NCBI RefSeq assembly: GCF_964355755.1
Contig: NC_092678.1
Location: forward strand, 23,081,365-23,145,364
Source: Antedon mediterranea
Taxonomy: Eukaryota > Animalia > Echinodermata
Length of the DNA: 64,000 nucleotides
Direction: 5' to 3'
Within the stretch, counting starts at the first letter, position 1. Every line of letters begins with the position of its first letter. Positions 27,380-41,064 of the stretch are shown here, in pieces. Made by a program: the position numbers and the translations under genes. The notes under the pieces are model-generated. The model saw only the letters and a list, made by a program, of their open reading frames with translations. It had not been told where the DNA came from and did not search any database.

Positions 27380-28190
27380 GGAATTGAGGCAAACTTTCAA
27401 AATATTGTACTCGGTACCGGAAACAGATATGTTGACCACATGTTCTCTCTTGGATGCTTCTGTATCTATAAAGCACACATTTTGAAAAAAGTAAAGAAAT
27501 GGAATTATGGTTCACTTTCTCGCCTCTTTTTGGCAGAAAAAAATAATAGGTTATACCTTAACCGACTATTATAATACGGTATATTCTACAGAGGTTTATA
27601 TAACGCTGTGCAATGCCAATAGGTGGTTAAATCTTTATATAGAATTATTAAAAAAAAAAAAATGAAAATAAATGAAATAAATATTAAAAACAAAACGAAA
27701 CGTAACATATAAGTAAGCAACAAATATAACCATGAGACATAAAACTAAAATGTTCTTATTGTAAAAAAAAAAAAAAAAAAAAGAATTAAGAATAATAATT
27801 GTATTGCATTTTATATATTGTAAATATTTATTTATTTATATACTTTGTCGTGGGTATGTATGTATGCATGTGTGCAATCATGTACTCGAATATATGCACT
27901 TGTGTGTTTTGTACAGAGACATAGACCTATTGTAGAAAGGAATAGTTAAAATAAAAGAAAATAATGAAAAAAGTGGATAATACATATAAAAGTATAAAGT
28001 ATATATATATATATATATTTGACCGAATTGTTTCGATCAAATCGTACTAAAGATAAAAGAAAGTACAAGAAAATAACAGAACAGAATAACAAGGGAATAT
28101 ATATTTGGATGAAGTGTAAAATCATTGTATTGATCATTTGAGAATGAAATGAATAAAATAGTGGTTAACGCCACAAAAGAGAGAAAAAAA
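27380..28190 (+). mobile_element. 5'-truncated L1/Tx1-type LINE insertion
   Basis: ORF end ..NFQNIVLGTGNRYVDHMFSLGCFCIYKA..; AATAAA-GTGGTTAACGCCAC-A-rich tail; ~13-bp TSD AAAAAGAGAGTTT; empty site at 32291-32303. Confidence 0.75.
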
Positions 28191-28323
28191 AAAAAGAGAG
28201 TTTTATTTGTAGATTATAAATCCAAAGGCAATGCTGTGGGTATCAGTCACTGGATCTCAATGGAGATATAAAATAAAATAAGCAAAAAGCTAAATCAAAA
28301 CAATAAAGTAAAACAGCCAGAAA

Positions 28324-28371
28324 AATTGGCATAGCTTTCAGACAACACTAGCCCTTCATCAGTGCATAATT
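28324..28371 (-). ncRNA. Minimal type I hammerhead ribozyme motif (Penelope-like), copy 1
   Basis: Minus strand GCA-CTGATGA-AGGGC TAGTGTT GTCT-GAAA-GC-TA-TGC. Confidence 0.55.
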
Positions 28372-29170
28372 ATATTGATATATTTATGATTCTCTACTTA
28401 TTTGTTATTGAATCTTATTTGTATTGTTATCCTTGTTCTTGATTTTGGTGTTCCATCGGCATAATAAAATAAAAATTAACATTGTAATTGTTTGAATATG
28501 AATCACAATGCTCTCACTATTTTATCATAATTTAACTATATTTAAAACATACGCCACATGTTAATGACTATATTAGGAAAATCTATACAGTACACTTTAA
28601 TTTATGAATGATTTGATTAGCTGGTTAAAGCAGGGCGGAGTTGTAACTCCTTGGTTACAGAGTTCAATGTATCTTCTGTCTACAAGGATTTGATTGAAGT
28701 GTTATGGTAAAACTGGCTACTTACACACTTCCAATAATGTGTCAACGTATTATTACCATTATAGTATTACTGATAATTTCCTACAATTGACATATTAAAT
28801 ACGGAGTATCTTCATAAAGCACACCGAAACCTACCGGATCATCACCAAGCAATTATCACCATGACTACTGTATTTCCTAAAGCTAATAATTGATTATTAT
28901 TCATCGCCTATTAGTATTAATCTTTCAATAAACCATGTTTATATTCAAAGCATATCCTACACAATCTTGTCTCAACAGATGTCATAATACACAGTAGATC
29001 AATCAATGTTTATTTCCTCTTTCAACAGGTATATGGTGTATAAATACATGGTGGTTAGTATTATTATGTTAAGTGGACTTAACTAAACAATTCCATTCAA
29101 GTTCAAATGTATTTACTCACACAACAAAATTATCAATCTATCAATAACGACATGCCTGACACTACTAAAG

Positions 29171-29997
29171 GGGATATGACCGGTTGGGCCGCCGACAAGT
29201 TGAGCCGCCGGTAATTTCTATGAAATGCCCAGTGCGTCTTTTATGACATTTCGCGTAGTGATAGAGGGGTGTCCTAGTACATAAGTTCATGGTCTTTAGG
29301 TTTATTGTGTCATGAAAATAAATAATAATTTACATACTACAATTTTGTTGGTTTGAACCGCCATAACAACACAGCAAAGGAAAGTAGTCATATTTAATAA
29401 TTTAATTGTTTTTAATCTTTCAAATCTTTCAAATTCTTTCAAGTCCAGTGCACTCCATAATATTTTTCTCGCGTAAAATCACGTTGTCTCTCAGGACTAA
29501 TAGAGTATTGATACTCTTCGAATGAGGTTAAATAATTATTATTTTTTATCTACTATCTTTTAATATCATATTTTATTGAATTTTACAATGTTAATATACA
29601 AAATATTTTACTAAAAAACGGTGATTTTATGCAATTATTTTACCGAAAAATGGAGTAGGCCTAGTTCATACAACTGCCGCCTAAGGGGGCAACATGTTTA
29701 CGTCATTTTTGGCTAAAAACGATCATTTTCGGTCATGTTTTAGGCCTTATATTTTGGAATCTACAAGTCAGATATTCATAATTATTTCTCTTTAATTATA
29801 ATATTTAATAATATATACTAAAAACCGTGATATATAAACTTTGGAATATACATCGTTATATCTAATAATTAATATAAATAGAACTGCTATTAAATAGTAA
29901 CCAGCACCGGCGAAAGTAAGCATTTGGCGTTTCATAGAAAATAACGTTTTTCTGGCGGCGGCTCAACTTGTCGGCGGCTCACAACTTGGCCTAATCC
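29171..29997. mobile_element. Non-autonomous MULE/MuDR-like element
   Basis: Imperfect TIRs GGAT..GCCGCCGACAAGTTGAGCC; 8-9 bp TSD (C)TACTAAAG; empty site at 24065-24072. Confidence 0.75.
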
Positions 29998-31687
29998 TAC
30001 TAAAGTACTGTATGTACTGTAATGAATACTAATTTGTTTCCCAATGTTTCAATTAAGCAAGTTTACGACTTCACCAGAGATTGTACTTACGGATTCATAT
30101 ACCTATTGCCTTACATTTTATTAGTTATAATATCCAAGTAATTTTTTAATTGAATGTATTGAATGGTGAAAAAGTTTTCGGTTGATTGTCCTCAGGATTG
30201 ACAATGTAATTCTAAAGCTACTGTAGCAAGTTCAAGTTTCAAGTTTATTGTTTTCACACAATACAAAATACAATATCATAATACAGAACATAAATTAATA
30301 AATACAATTGTGTGAGGAGGACGCATTAAGCCAAGGCTTTAAGTTTGGTCCTCCAAAAATACAATAAAAATTATGGCTTGGAAATTTCTTACATTGACCC
30401 AAGCATCTTTTATGGTAAAAGTGTTCATACTGGTGATTTGAAAAATACAAATTCAAATCCCAAGGAAGGAAAAAATAAGAAATATTCATAAATAAACATT
30501 AATTAAATATTACTACTATAATCTAATCTATAATCTACTTAATTGTTTGTACATACCTGTGCCTAGTATCTTCTATTTACTGTGCAGTCTATCAACCTGT
30601 TGGCTCGTTGAGTATCAATGCAGAATTTATGATCTCATTATTGTGTGATATACCTAGTTATCACTACGTCACCTGGTTCTTAAATCTGATTGGCCAACAC
30701 AGTGAGTGGTTGTAGTACACAGCTGTATAGTACCGTCAGATGTAGTGTATGATGTTTGCTAGGCTGATGTTTAATTTCAATTAATACGGAAACTACACTA
30801 CCGGTAATACAAAAGAAACTCAAAATAGTTTTTTAATGGATTTTAAGGACATCAAATTGAAACACAATTTCTAAAAATATTTCAAAGGATTATCTAACAA
30901 TTACACTTTCAAACTAAATAAGACTGATCTTCAACAACATGCACTTATTTTTTCAATCATATAGGCACCAGTGTTGTTCATGCAGAGTTTCAAACTCTCA
31001 TGTTGAAAACAATGTTTTTCATTCACTTATACACTTCATATTTCATACATATTGGAGAAATGTTCACAAATGCTAGGAGGCTAAAGTTGGTTGGTAAATT
31101 ACTTTACACCATTTCCTCACAATGTACAGTATGGCCTACATCATCCAAAAAGGCTATTAATTGACATACAGTCAACTAAACTAATTAACCAGTTACTAGG
31201 CATTTTCATAATTAATTTCAAAATGTAATTTCACCTATTACATTAAGTACTCTGTAGAACTTATAAAAAATATTTGCCACATTATGACCTGATACTAAAC
31301 TATCCTATTGTTTACACAAATCCAGGAAATTGAACAGCTCCTAGTGTTCCTACTGTGACCTTCTCAATTGGTATTATAATAATTAAATACTAAGAAAATG
31401 CGAGAACAACTACATTAATTGGATGTTAAATAAATCATCTCGGAACGGAATATCTATATTGTCTATGGAAATTTGACCTAATTATAGAAATACTGTAGTT
31501 ATAAACATCCACACATTTATGAAATACCAGCAATAAAAATAAACACACAATAATTATTGTTTATAATCAATAATCAACAATTTACACAAAAAACACAGTA
31601 TCCAGGTTTCAACAACATAGGGCTCACAGTCCCATGCAGAATACATTTTGATTTATAATAGCGACCATTTATTTGCTATGGTTCTAA

Positions 31688-31834
31688 AGCTGTCTACACT
31701 ATCAAACTTTATTTAAAACTTCAAAATGTGATCCATATATGGATATGATGATGTCATATCACTACAATATTTAGGCATATCACCACCATATTTGGGCACA
31801 TCACACTATTGCAGTTTGATAGTGTAGACAGACC
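31688..31834. mobile_element. MITE (TGTCTACACTATC family)
   Basis: TIRs and internal sequence shared with 25038. Confidence 0.8.
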
Positions 31835-32421
31835 TTTATTGTAGACTACCGTACTGTACACAACTTTTTCATGCGGTACTAGATTACGCAGTCATCATCA
31901 CTTTGAAAAGGAAATAGGCCTAATCTTCCTTCCATAACATGCTTAATTAATGGTCACAAAATATGTTATACTTCATTATGACCTTGAGAACTATAAAGAC
32001 CATGTTAAACAAGTTCACTGTAAAAATAACATGACATCATTGTTGCACCATTAGAATAAAAAAACTATGAATCATACTGATTAATCTATACTGCTCACTT
32101 GTTTAGAACTCATATCAAATTTAATTCTGTTATTTTAAATTGCTTATCCAATACGCTCTTTACCAAAATCAATATTATCCAAAAACAATTGATTACATTT
32201 GTCTCGCGTGCATGTGATATCTCTTTAACTTCAATTAACATTCCAATTTATCTTCCTATCATGTTCAATTTTCCACAGTCAATGTTACCAAAAGAGAGTT
32301 TTATTCGTAGATTATAAATCCAAAGGCAATGCTGTGGGTATCAGTGACTGGATCTCAATGGAGATATAAAATAAAATAAGCAAAAAGCTAAATCAAAACA
32401 ATAAAATAAAACAGACAGAAA

Positions 32422-32469
32422 AATTAGCAGAGCTTTCAGACAACACTAGCCCTTCATCAGTGCATAATT
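32422..32469 (-). ncRNA. Minimal type I hammerhead ribozyme motif (Penelope-like), copy 2
   Basis: Minus strand AATTATGCA-CTGATGA-AGGGC TAGTGTT GTCT-GAAA-GC-TC-TGCTAATT. Stem I and palindromic AGCT stem III are present. Confidence 0.6.
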
Positions 32470-32731
32470 ATATTGATATATTTATGATTCTCTGCTTACG
32501 GTATTTATTATTGAATCTTATTTGTATTATTATTCTGAAATAAACTTATAAAAAATAACATTGTAATTGTTTGAATATGAATGAATGAACAATGTCACTA
32601 GTTAAAACATACTGCTGTAAAATAAAACAGTATTTACGGTACATGTAAATGTATTTAGTCTAATTAATATAAGGTACAATATTAAAATACTTTTCAAAAC
32701 TCAAACAGTAACCATTTGATAGCCTATCTTG

Positions 32732-32893
32732 AAGCTTTGTCTACACTATCAAACTTTATGTGTCAAAAAAATGTGATGTGCCCATATATGAACATGATGA
32801 TGTCATATCACTACCATATGTAAGCATAGTTCTACCATATTTGGGCACATCAAACTTTTTTGACACATAAAGTTTGATAGTGTACACAAGGCT
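32732..32893. mobile_element. MITE (TGTCTACACTATC family)
   Basis: Long TIRs shared with 62934. Confidence 0.85.
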
Positions 32894-34454
32894 TTAGATA
32901 TACTTTTAAAGAATTAAGCCATACCTTTACAGCTTTGTCAACATACTGTTTGTTGATGATTGTTGATGTTTGTTCATCTAACTATACTACTTTAAAGTCT
33001 TTTGACATTAATTATTTTTCTACAAAGAAAAATAATTTAGTACGTCTAAAATTAATTACCACAGATATGCTGTTACCCTTGGCGACAATTTATTGGGAAT
33101 TATCTCCTTTACATACATTATAACATAGTGGTTGTTGCAGTTGATTGTGCAATAATATTTACAAGGAAGTAACAGTTGTATAAATTAGTAATCCTAATTT
33201 CTACTTTGAATTACCAAGAAATACTCATCTTGCTATTAAGGTGAGGATGACAACATGTTGTTACAATAGAACCTCTATTAAGGGGACACCTTTGTGACCC
33301 AACAAATTGTCACCTTATAATGTTGTCCCCTGAATAGGCTGAGTATTAAAACATATGTGCCTTGTTTGTTCTACTAAAAAGTTTCTACATTAACTAACTA
33401 ATAATAAATGTCCTAGCCTATTTCCAAAACAGAAATATATGGCACCAACAAACATTTTGCTGGTAATGACAAAATATAGTATATTGAAAAGCATCGTTGA
33501 AAGAAAAGATTTAATTAAGCCATGAAATAAATCCTACTTAACCCAATGAAATAACAAAAGATGCAACCTATGCTGAGGAACCGGCCATTATGTTATTGTA
33601 TAATATTATATGTTGTTATAATTATATTGTGGAAGTACTGTAAATAGAAACCATCTCATGAGCAACATAACATATGCCTACACTTGTACCTAAATGTACC
33701 CAGAGATACAGTAACCTGCAAACTCACTGGCCCATGCTTTGTCTTCATCCCTACCTACATCATTTACACTTAGTTGATGTAGACAATCTCTCCTTATACC
33801 TGGTTGAATAAACCATTTAAAAAATAAAGGTCTGCTTTACATTGGTATTGAACAGTTCACACTGCTTGTGGCGATTGGACGTTGGATTACTTAGCTGTAT
33901 TTAGTTGCAGCGCATTGAGAGCTCGTTTATATGGGCTCTAAGAATGAACTATTATTATTGAAGTTACCAGACACTGACAGGACCAGGTACAGCACGTGCC
34001 ATTTCATAATTTTCAACCACTTGTTTACCATATCAGTAGCAATATACCACATTACTAACAGATAATTACATTTGTTTTGAGGTTTCCACCTACAACCACA
34101 CATGTCAATTATCATTTAGCTAAATCCATCTTAGATAGGTAGGAAAACTATTAAGTTGTAGTATATAAACCATAAGTTGTTTACTGTTTTTTTCTCATCA
34201 ATGGGTAAATAGTTTAGTTTAGTAAGTAATCATAATAATACACATTTTTTAAAGCGATAACTATACAAAAAATTGAATAAACAATGATAAACATTTTAAA
34301 CCTGAAAATGGCCACAAACATTTTCTGATTTACTTTAAAAAAGAATATTTAGTATTGAAAATGTAATGGAAAATAATTAGACAATAAATATACTTTACAA
34401 ATTTGGCCATTTTCCAAGAAATTGAACCTTCCCACATGACTGTGTGTATTATTG

Positions 34455-34932
34455 ACCTCGGAGGTAGGCCTATATGTAATCGATCATGTGTGTTTTGTTT
34501 TTTTGTTTGTTAGCAGGATTACTCAAAAAGTAATTACAAGATCTTTCCCAAAAAGAAAATACATATACATATGTGGTCAAGGACCACTCCATTAAATTTT
34601 GGAGGCAATCCAGACCACGGTCCTAATTCTGGACCACTTTTTATAATTATTTACAGACCTACTAGTGTTAAAAGATAGGACAGAATTTTCAAAATCCGGT
34701 GAGCAGTCTTAAGTTTTTCGCGTTGCTGTTCTATTGTTAGTCAGCTGAAGCTATTGTTAGTTGAAAGGCTGGTTACATACCATTACACCAAACTCGCATA
34801 CACATGCTTGTAGTGAAATTAGCCAAAATCACAAACAGCATTAAGACACCAAATTTTTACGGAGATTAAATATGTAGAAGAATTTTACAGTAGGCGGAGG
34901 TACTGTATGCACTCTCGGAGTGGCTTTCTAGT
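34455..34932 (+). mobile_element. Non-autonomous Helentron/HINE-like element (family 2)
   Basis: Matches 208-460. 3' end GGCGGAGGTA..CACTCTCGGAGTG hairpin..CTAG-TT. Confidence 0.7.
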
Positions 34933-36213
34933 TCCTACTGTATTAGGGTTGTATTACAATGAAAAGTGTAATGCGTTTGTCATTCTGCTTAGACCTAATG
35001 ATCAGAGTGTTTAAAACGCAAGACTTTGCTTAAGATAACAACCCTAACGCCATGAGTCTGAACAATGATTTTTCTCTCTCCATTATTGTTAAACAAAATG
35101 TGTGCACACACCACTTCCTGCTGCTATATTTACTATGGGAGAGAGTGCTGACTGGATGTGATTGATATTTGTGATTGATATTTGTGGTGATGAATACTAG
35201 CATTTACTTTTAATAAACCAATTAATTGGAATGTATTTTCCTTTCAAATAGTGATGGAATAAAAATGGTTACGCATTGATTTGTGCTAAATGCGTATTTC
35301 ATTATAAATCACTTTGAAATACAGATGAATGTCACATTAATATGAAAAGTATGTAAAAAATGGTATACACAATAATGAAATTCTAGCCATATAATAATGA
35401 TAATAAATGATAGCAATATCAAAATATTACCTTGCTAATTTCAATGATAAAAGAGTGTCATTTTTACTCACCTTAGTTTACAAATGTTATACAGCAGCTG
35501 GTATAAGAAATACCAGGCCTCCTGTTTTAATGGTTAGTACTTCAGTACTTCACATCAATTTTCTAAATGAAGATACTCTATATACTTTACTTTATAACCA
35601 GTCTGGGTAAAAGTTTAATATTATGTCATACTGTATGGCGTTGTTCTCACTTTTAACTTGACTGTCTGTCTGAATCTCGAATATAAATTAAAACAGAACT
35701 TCAAAAACCAGCATGTTGTATTTAAACCCGCCAAATGTCACCCGAATTGGAACATCTTTTTTATTTAATCTGCCACACATTTATATATTTTATTATGTAC
35801 CAATGTACCAATATTAATTGCTTCAAATTCAACTTTAAAAAACAGTTTCTCGTAATTTGTCAAATGTAATGAAATGTTTATACGGTCAATAATTATAGTA
35901 CCTGTATAAATTGATGGTACTTTTGTAATTTTTTTTATATTTTGTCGTTTCAAGAAGAACCTATCTGGCCTAGAGTTTAGCTCCAAGAGTGATTTTCTAT
36001 AATAAAAAAGTTAAAATAAAAATATTATGCAGCTCAAACTTTTCAAGAAAATTAGCCATTTTTTATAGCTTATTGGAAATAGTGGATTCAATGATGCAAT
36101 CGTACAAAGAACCAAATGAAATTGAAAGCACACAATGAAATGAAAGACTGAATCAACTAATTGTCATCATGTACTTAACATTGATCATCTCCTGTATAGT
36201 ATAACCCACTAGT

Positions 36214-36410
36214 AAGCTTGGTTCCCACTAGTAAGCTTTTTTCCCACTAGCGACGCAACATAACGCAACCTACGCAATGTAAGAAAATGTCCTTCCAATA
36301 ATTATGTTTTCCCCTGCGATGTTTCCAGCACTGTTGCGTTGTCAGTTCCCACTTGTGATTATACAAAAGCACCTTGCATCAATACGTCGTGTTACATTGC
36401 GTCGCTAACT
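36214..36410. mobile_element. MITE (AGCTTGGTTCCCACT family variant)
   Basis: Similar to 58717-58910. Confidence 0.7.
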
Positions 36411-37013
36411 TTAGTAACTTCATCTCATTTCTTATTAAACAGCATAAAAGAAGAAGTTCCAAAACACGGCAGTTGAATTTCATGTATGAACAGCTCAGTT
36501 TAAGAGGAATGACTTTCGTCTATGAAAGCTTGCAATACTAATAATTGTGTAAAGTAAGGATGTTGTATAAAACAAAGCCTAAACTCAAATATGATGTCAT
36601 CATTGTGTCCATATCACGCACTTCACATTTTTTTTGTCACACATATTCAAAAGTACTTGCTGAAAACCATGTTAATTTAGAAATACAATAGAGTACTGTA
36701 TAACAATTTTAAACACCAAAGTTGTAAAAAGAAATCATACAATAATCCAATCTTTACAAATAAACAATAAAAAGGTTTTAACATGATTGTCAGGTGCAAT
36801 GTGAGCATTAGAATTGACCTTCTGAACAAATCTCTTTCAATCCAAACTACTTAATAGTGGCTTTTATAATGTAATTATGAGTGTAGGAGTTTTGTACAGA
36901 CATCAATTAATTATAACCTTACTATAAGTTCATAGATTACTGTAATTTACCTTTCATTTATTTAATAATAGCACATTTATTTATTTTTTGGAAAAATCTT
37001 CTATTAAACATAA

Positions 37014-37710
37014 TAGTAACATATATATTCTGAACAATCTGACACCAAAATGAACTTTCCACGCCAACCCAAAGGTCAAATATGGTATTTCTGGTTATTA
37101 TTTGAGAAAAACCTTTATTATAGTAAATAGAAATGTTTATGTTCTGAACATTTTGACACCAACATTAACTCTCTATGACAAGTAGTTTTATGGATATCAA
37201 AATATATTAACCGTAACAAGGCTGGTAATTACATCGTAACGGTCAAAGGCAAAACTGAGTACTTCCGGTCATTTTTGGATAAAATGTTTCATTAAATTAA
37301 ATAGTAACATATATATTCTGAACAATTTGACACTTAAATAAACTGTCTGTGACAACTATTTACTGAGATATGGCAATGCCTTAAAATATGGGTCAAAGGT
37401 TAAAACTGGTACTTCCGGTCATTTTTTTCAAAAAAACTTCATTAGAGTAAATAGGAATGTTTATGTTCTGAACATTTTGGGCTAAAAAATCAACTCTCTA
37501 TGACCAGTATTTTTAGAGATATAGACTGTTTAAGCGAAAATGTCCGCCATTTTAAATTATGCAAATTAGGTGACCCAAGGGGTCATTTTGCTTGGCGCCC
37601 ATCAAAAATTGAATTTGTATAGGGTGGGCAACCTGTATACCAAATTTGGTGCTTTTGGAAGAAATTGAACCAAACACCCTTATTTCAGCCCTAACAGACA
37701 GACTCCACTA
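37014..37710. mobile_element. Unclassified non-autonomous DNA element fragment with internal direct repeats
   Basis: Recurring blocks GGTCAAA..TACTTCCGGTCA..TAAATAG..TTCTGAACA. Confidence 0.5.
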
Positions 37711-38374
37711 ATAGCTTAGCAATAATACAACCCATATACTATTATTATAAATACCTATTAAAAATCCATTCATATAACTTTTCATCGCGAACCGAAAATG
37801 TATAAATGTTATTCTATAGACAGTAAATTATATATTCAAAAGCCATATTATTATTATTATCAATACCTAAATGCGATATCTACATTAAGTAATAACCACA
37901 TAAACATACATTATTCCCAATACATGTTTGTGCGTTTAATTCTAGAAAGAAACGAATGTGCTGACAGGCCAATGACATAAATCACAAGTCCCAATTGTTC
38001 ACTTGCGTTTTGATTGGCCGACTAATATATTAGATTAATGAAGATTGTTCCAACTGTCCAGTCAAAAAGTTACGCAGCGTTTTTTGTAAGAAATATTTCT
38101 TCTTTACTCCTAGTACTCAACTAACAAAAATTCCAATGTCACAAAAATGAACTACTGACTATAGTGTTGATCATTGATTAGCATTCCTCATTCATTATAT
38201 TTATTTAAATAATATATACAGTAAAATAATCTTGGTCCAACTAGTCAGGTATTATACCTTTCTTTGTTCTTCGCTTTTTAATAACATCTGTCTGTCTGTC
38301 TTTTACTGTCTGAACCTTGATTAATGAATTAAAGTAGAAAGCGGAAATTCTACCAGTATTGTCACACAGTCTAT

Positions 38375-39255
38375 GGCCCCGTTTCTGCTGCCAAAAATAT
38401 ACCGTATATATACGGTATATTTTATATACGGTATATTTTTTGGCAGCATAAATGGGTCTCATAAAAAATATACCGTATATATTTGCGGTATATATACTGC
38501 ATAAATATCCCCATCGTTTGTGGATATTATACGGTATATTCCAAAATATACCGTATATTTCGTTCCCCGTTTCTGCTGCACTCAAAATATACCGTAAATG
38601 TGACCCGACTCATGACACGAGGTCAAAAACTAACAGAGCGCGACGCGTTTGTTTTGGTTTTTCTGCTGCATTGAAAGTTGAAACACACGTGTAAAAGCAA
38701 GCAACAGATCAAAATGTCACTGTGGACTGAACAAATCACTATTTTTGCAATTCAATTGTGGGGGGAAGCGAAGGTTGGGGGGAGACTGCATGGCAACAGA
38801 AGAGATACCGAGATTTTAATTACAATAAATCGAATGTTCTTACACGACAATAACGTGATGTAAAATCATGGTAAAATACTGTATAATAGAAAATGGAAAT
38901 TAAAACGGCAATATAGGATAATATAGCATAATATAAACTCAATTTGAATAACAGAGTTTATTTATAGTGACATTTCTAGATTGTGCTTGTATGTGCGGTG
39001 TAAATTCGTTGCCACTTCTGCTCATTAGATTTAAAATAGAAAGCAATGCTACGACATTTTGAGTAGGTAAAAACCTCACTACACGAGGTCAATCCATACT
39101 TCCGTCTCACGAAATGAATTTTGGGTAATGAAAGCCAACTTTTTTACAACCCACCCACTAGGTATGTGCAGCGGAAACGGTGCACGAATTTCATATACGG
39201 TATATATACGGTATATTTATACGGTATATTTTGGGTTGGCAGCAGAAACGGGCCC
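38375..39255. mobile_element. PIF/Harbinger-type MITE
   Basis: TIR GGSCCCGTTTCTGCTGCCAA, TAT TSD, ATATACCGTA subterminal repeats. Confidence 0.9.
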
Positions 39256-40990
39256 TATAAGTGTACACTTTTAAAACAGTTAAAACAGTCAAACAAAGTA
39301 AAAACTTGAATGGAAAATCAATGGTTAATTCATATGCAGACTATTTTATTAATTAAAGTTAGCATTCAACAAAATATCTAAAAATTAGTTAAGATTAAAT
39401 TGATTGGTACAGAAACTTCTCAACATCGATGCCCTTATGCCCAATGTGGTCTGGTAAAACAAACACTTTTTTTTCCAATTTGGAATCTGTGCTTGAGAAC
39501 GGACATACCAATTTTTCACTTGACAATTGTTGCTATGGATTTAATTATCATTTTTGCATTCTGGTTCTTTGACCTTTTTTCCTTTAACCTTCTAGGTGGT
39601 CTAGACAAATAAGCCTTATTATTAATGCCTGGGTAAACAACAGAATACAGACACTATCAGTAGTTCTCACCGATTTAATTGTGTATATTACATATTTCTC
39701 TCGGCATGCTTTGTATTCTTCATTATGTACATATTTCTTCTTTGTTCAATATATGTGTAGGTATTTATTCATAAAAACACATAAATAGTATAAACAGAAG
39801 GCAGCCAACGGCTGAAACATTCTGCAAACAACGTACAAAGTAAAAATTCAAAAGAATCTAAAAACAAAATTATATATATAAGTACACAGTAAATCAAAAC
39901 AAACCGTTTTATTTTTCCTGATGAAACCAGCCTTCTTAGAGTTTATAATTTTATTTTCTAAACTACACCACCTAGTAAGCTATAAAACTTCCCAAACACT
40001 GTAAATCCATATTAATTTATTATATGGGTACAGAGTATGTTAGTTCATGTATGAAAAAACATCATCTGTCCGACACGAAGGTCAAGAGGGTCCTTTAATA
40101 GAGGTCATATCAATATCTAGTAGGCTACCCACAAAAAGCTAACATATTTTAGTCTTGAAATGCAGTCTTATGCTCACAAAATAGATCTATTGTTTTTAGT
40201 TTACAATAAATTATTTATTATTTCGATAATTTCGCCAAAGCTAAATTGTTTACTGATACTATATTATGATACATTCGAAATCCTTGTTGGCAGGTAAGAG
40301 GCGTTCCACTTATTATATTGTCCCCCACTTCGTTGCAGAGGCTAATGTCAGTTTATCCAGGTATCAGACACACAAAAGTTACTATGATTCTTTTAAATGT
40401 ATCAAATAAATTAAGGAAATTGTCTATCACGCTGAATGATATGGAGCCATTTAAAATAATACAGTCTACTGTACCACCCTGTGTCATGTGATGGGATTCT
40501 ATATACAACTTGTATATGTACAGTAATTATGAGTGCAGGGTTTATGTACAGATCCAACTATAAGCTCATAGATTTAATGTAATTTGTTCGGACGTAAAAT
40601 CAGTTACATGTGTTCGGACGATGAACAATTTACACGTGTAAACGGTCATATCTCATGCATCTCTTTACACTATTAAGGTCAAATTGCTCCTTATCTTGCG
40701 GTTAATCAGCTTGCGGTTTAAGGTGTAATTGAGGTGGATTTTTGAAACAGCAAGTTTATCTCAAAGTTTACACCACACGCAACCATTACACGTGTAAATT
40801 TGTTCCCTCCGAACGGGGACTTTGTTAGCCATTGTCAATAAATGTAAATATTAATTATGCAGTTGAGAGGACACACCCTAAACTAATGCTATTAAACTGG
40901 TTTTAGGCAGTTAAAACTAAACTATAAACAAGATATCATTGACATTGTGGTTCAATAAATAAATTGTTTTGCACAAATCCACTTTTGATA

Positions 40991-41064
40991 TTACCTACAG
41001 TATATTAGAATAGATTGGCTAATAAATAACTGATCTACTACAAATAGACAAACCATCACAATAA
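40991..41064 (-). pseudogene. 3' remnant of an Ig-gene paralog, cut by a MITE
   Basis: DNA match to 45818-45885 (ATAAATAACTGATCTAC..CAAATA..GACA..CACAATAA). Confidence 0.55.

Larger units (their letters stand above)
27186..28500. repeat. Segmental duplication unit (paralog 32107-32580), interrupted by a LINE
   Basis: 27186-27379 plus 28200-28500 are near-identical to 32107-32580. Confidence 0.9.

Noticed and set aside
39790-39830. Hammerhead-like AGCC-AAC-GGCT-GAAAC
   Set aside because: It lacks the CUGANGA core.
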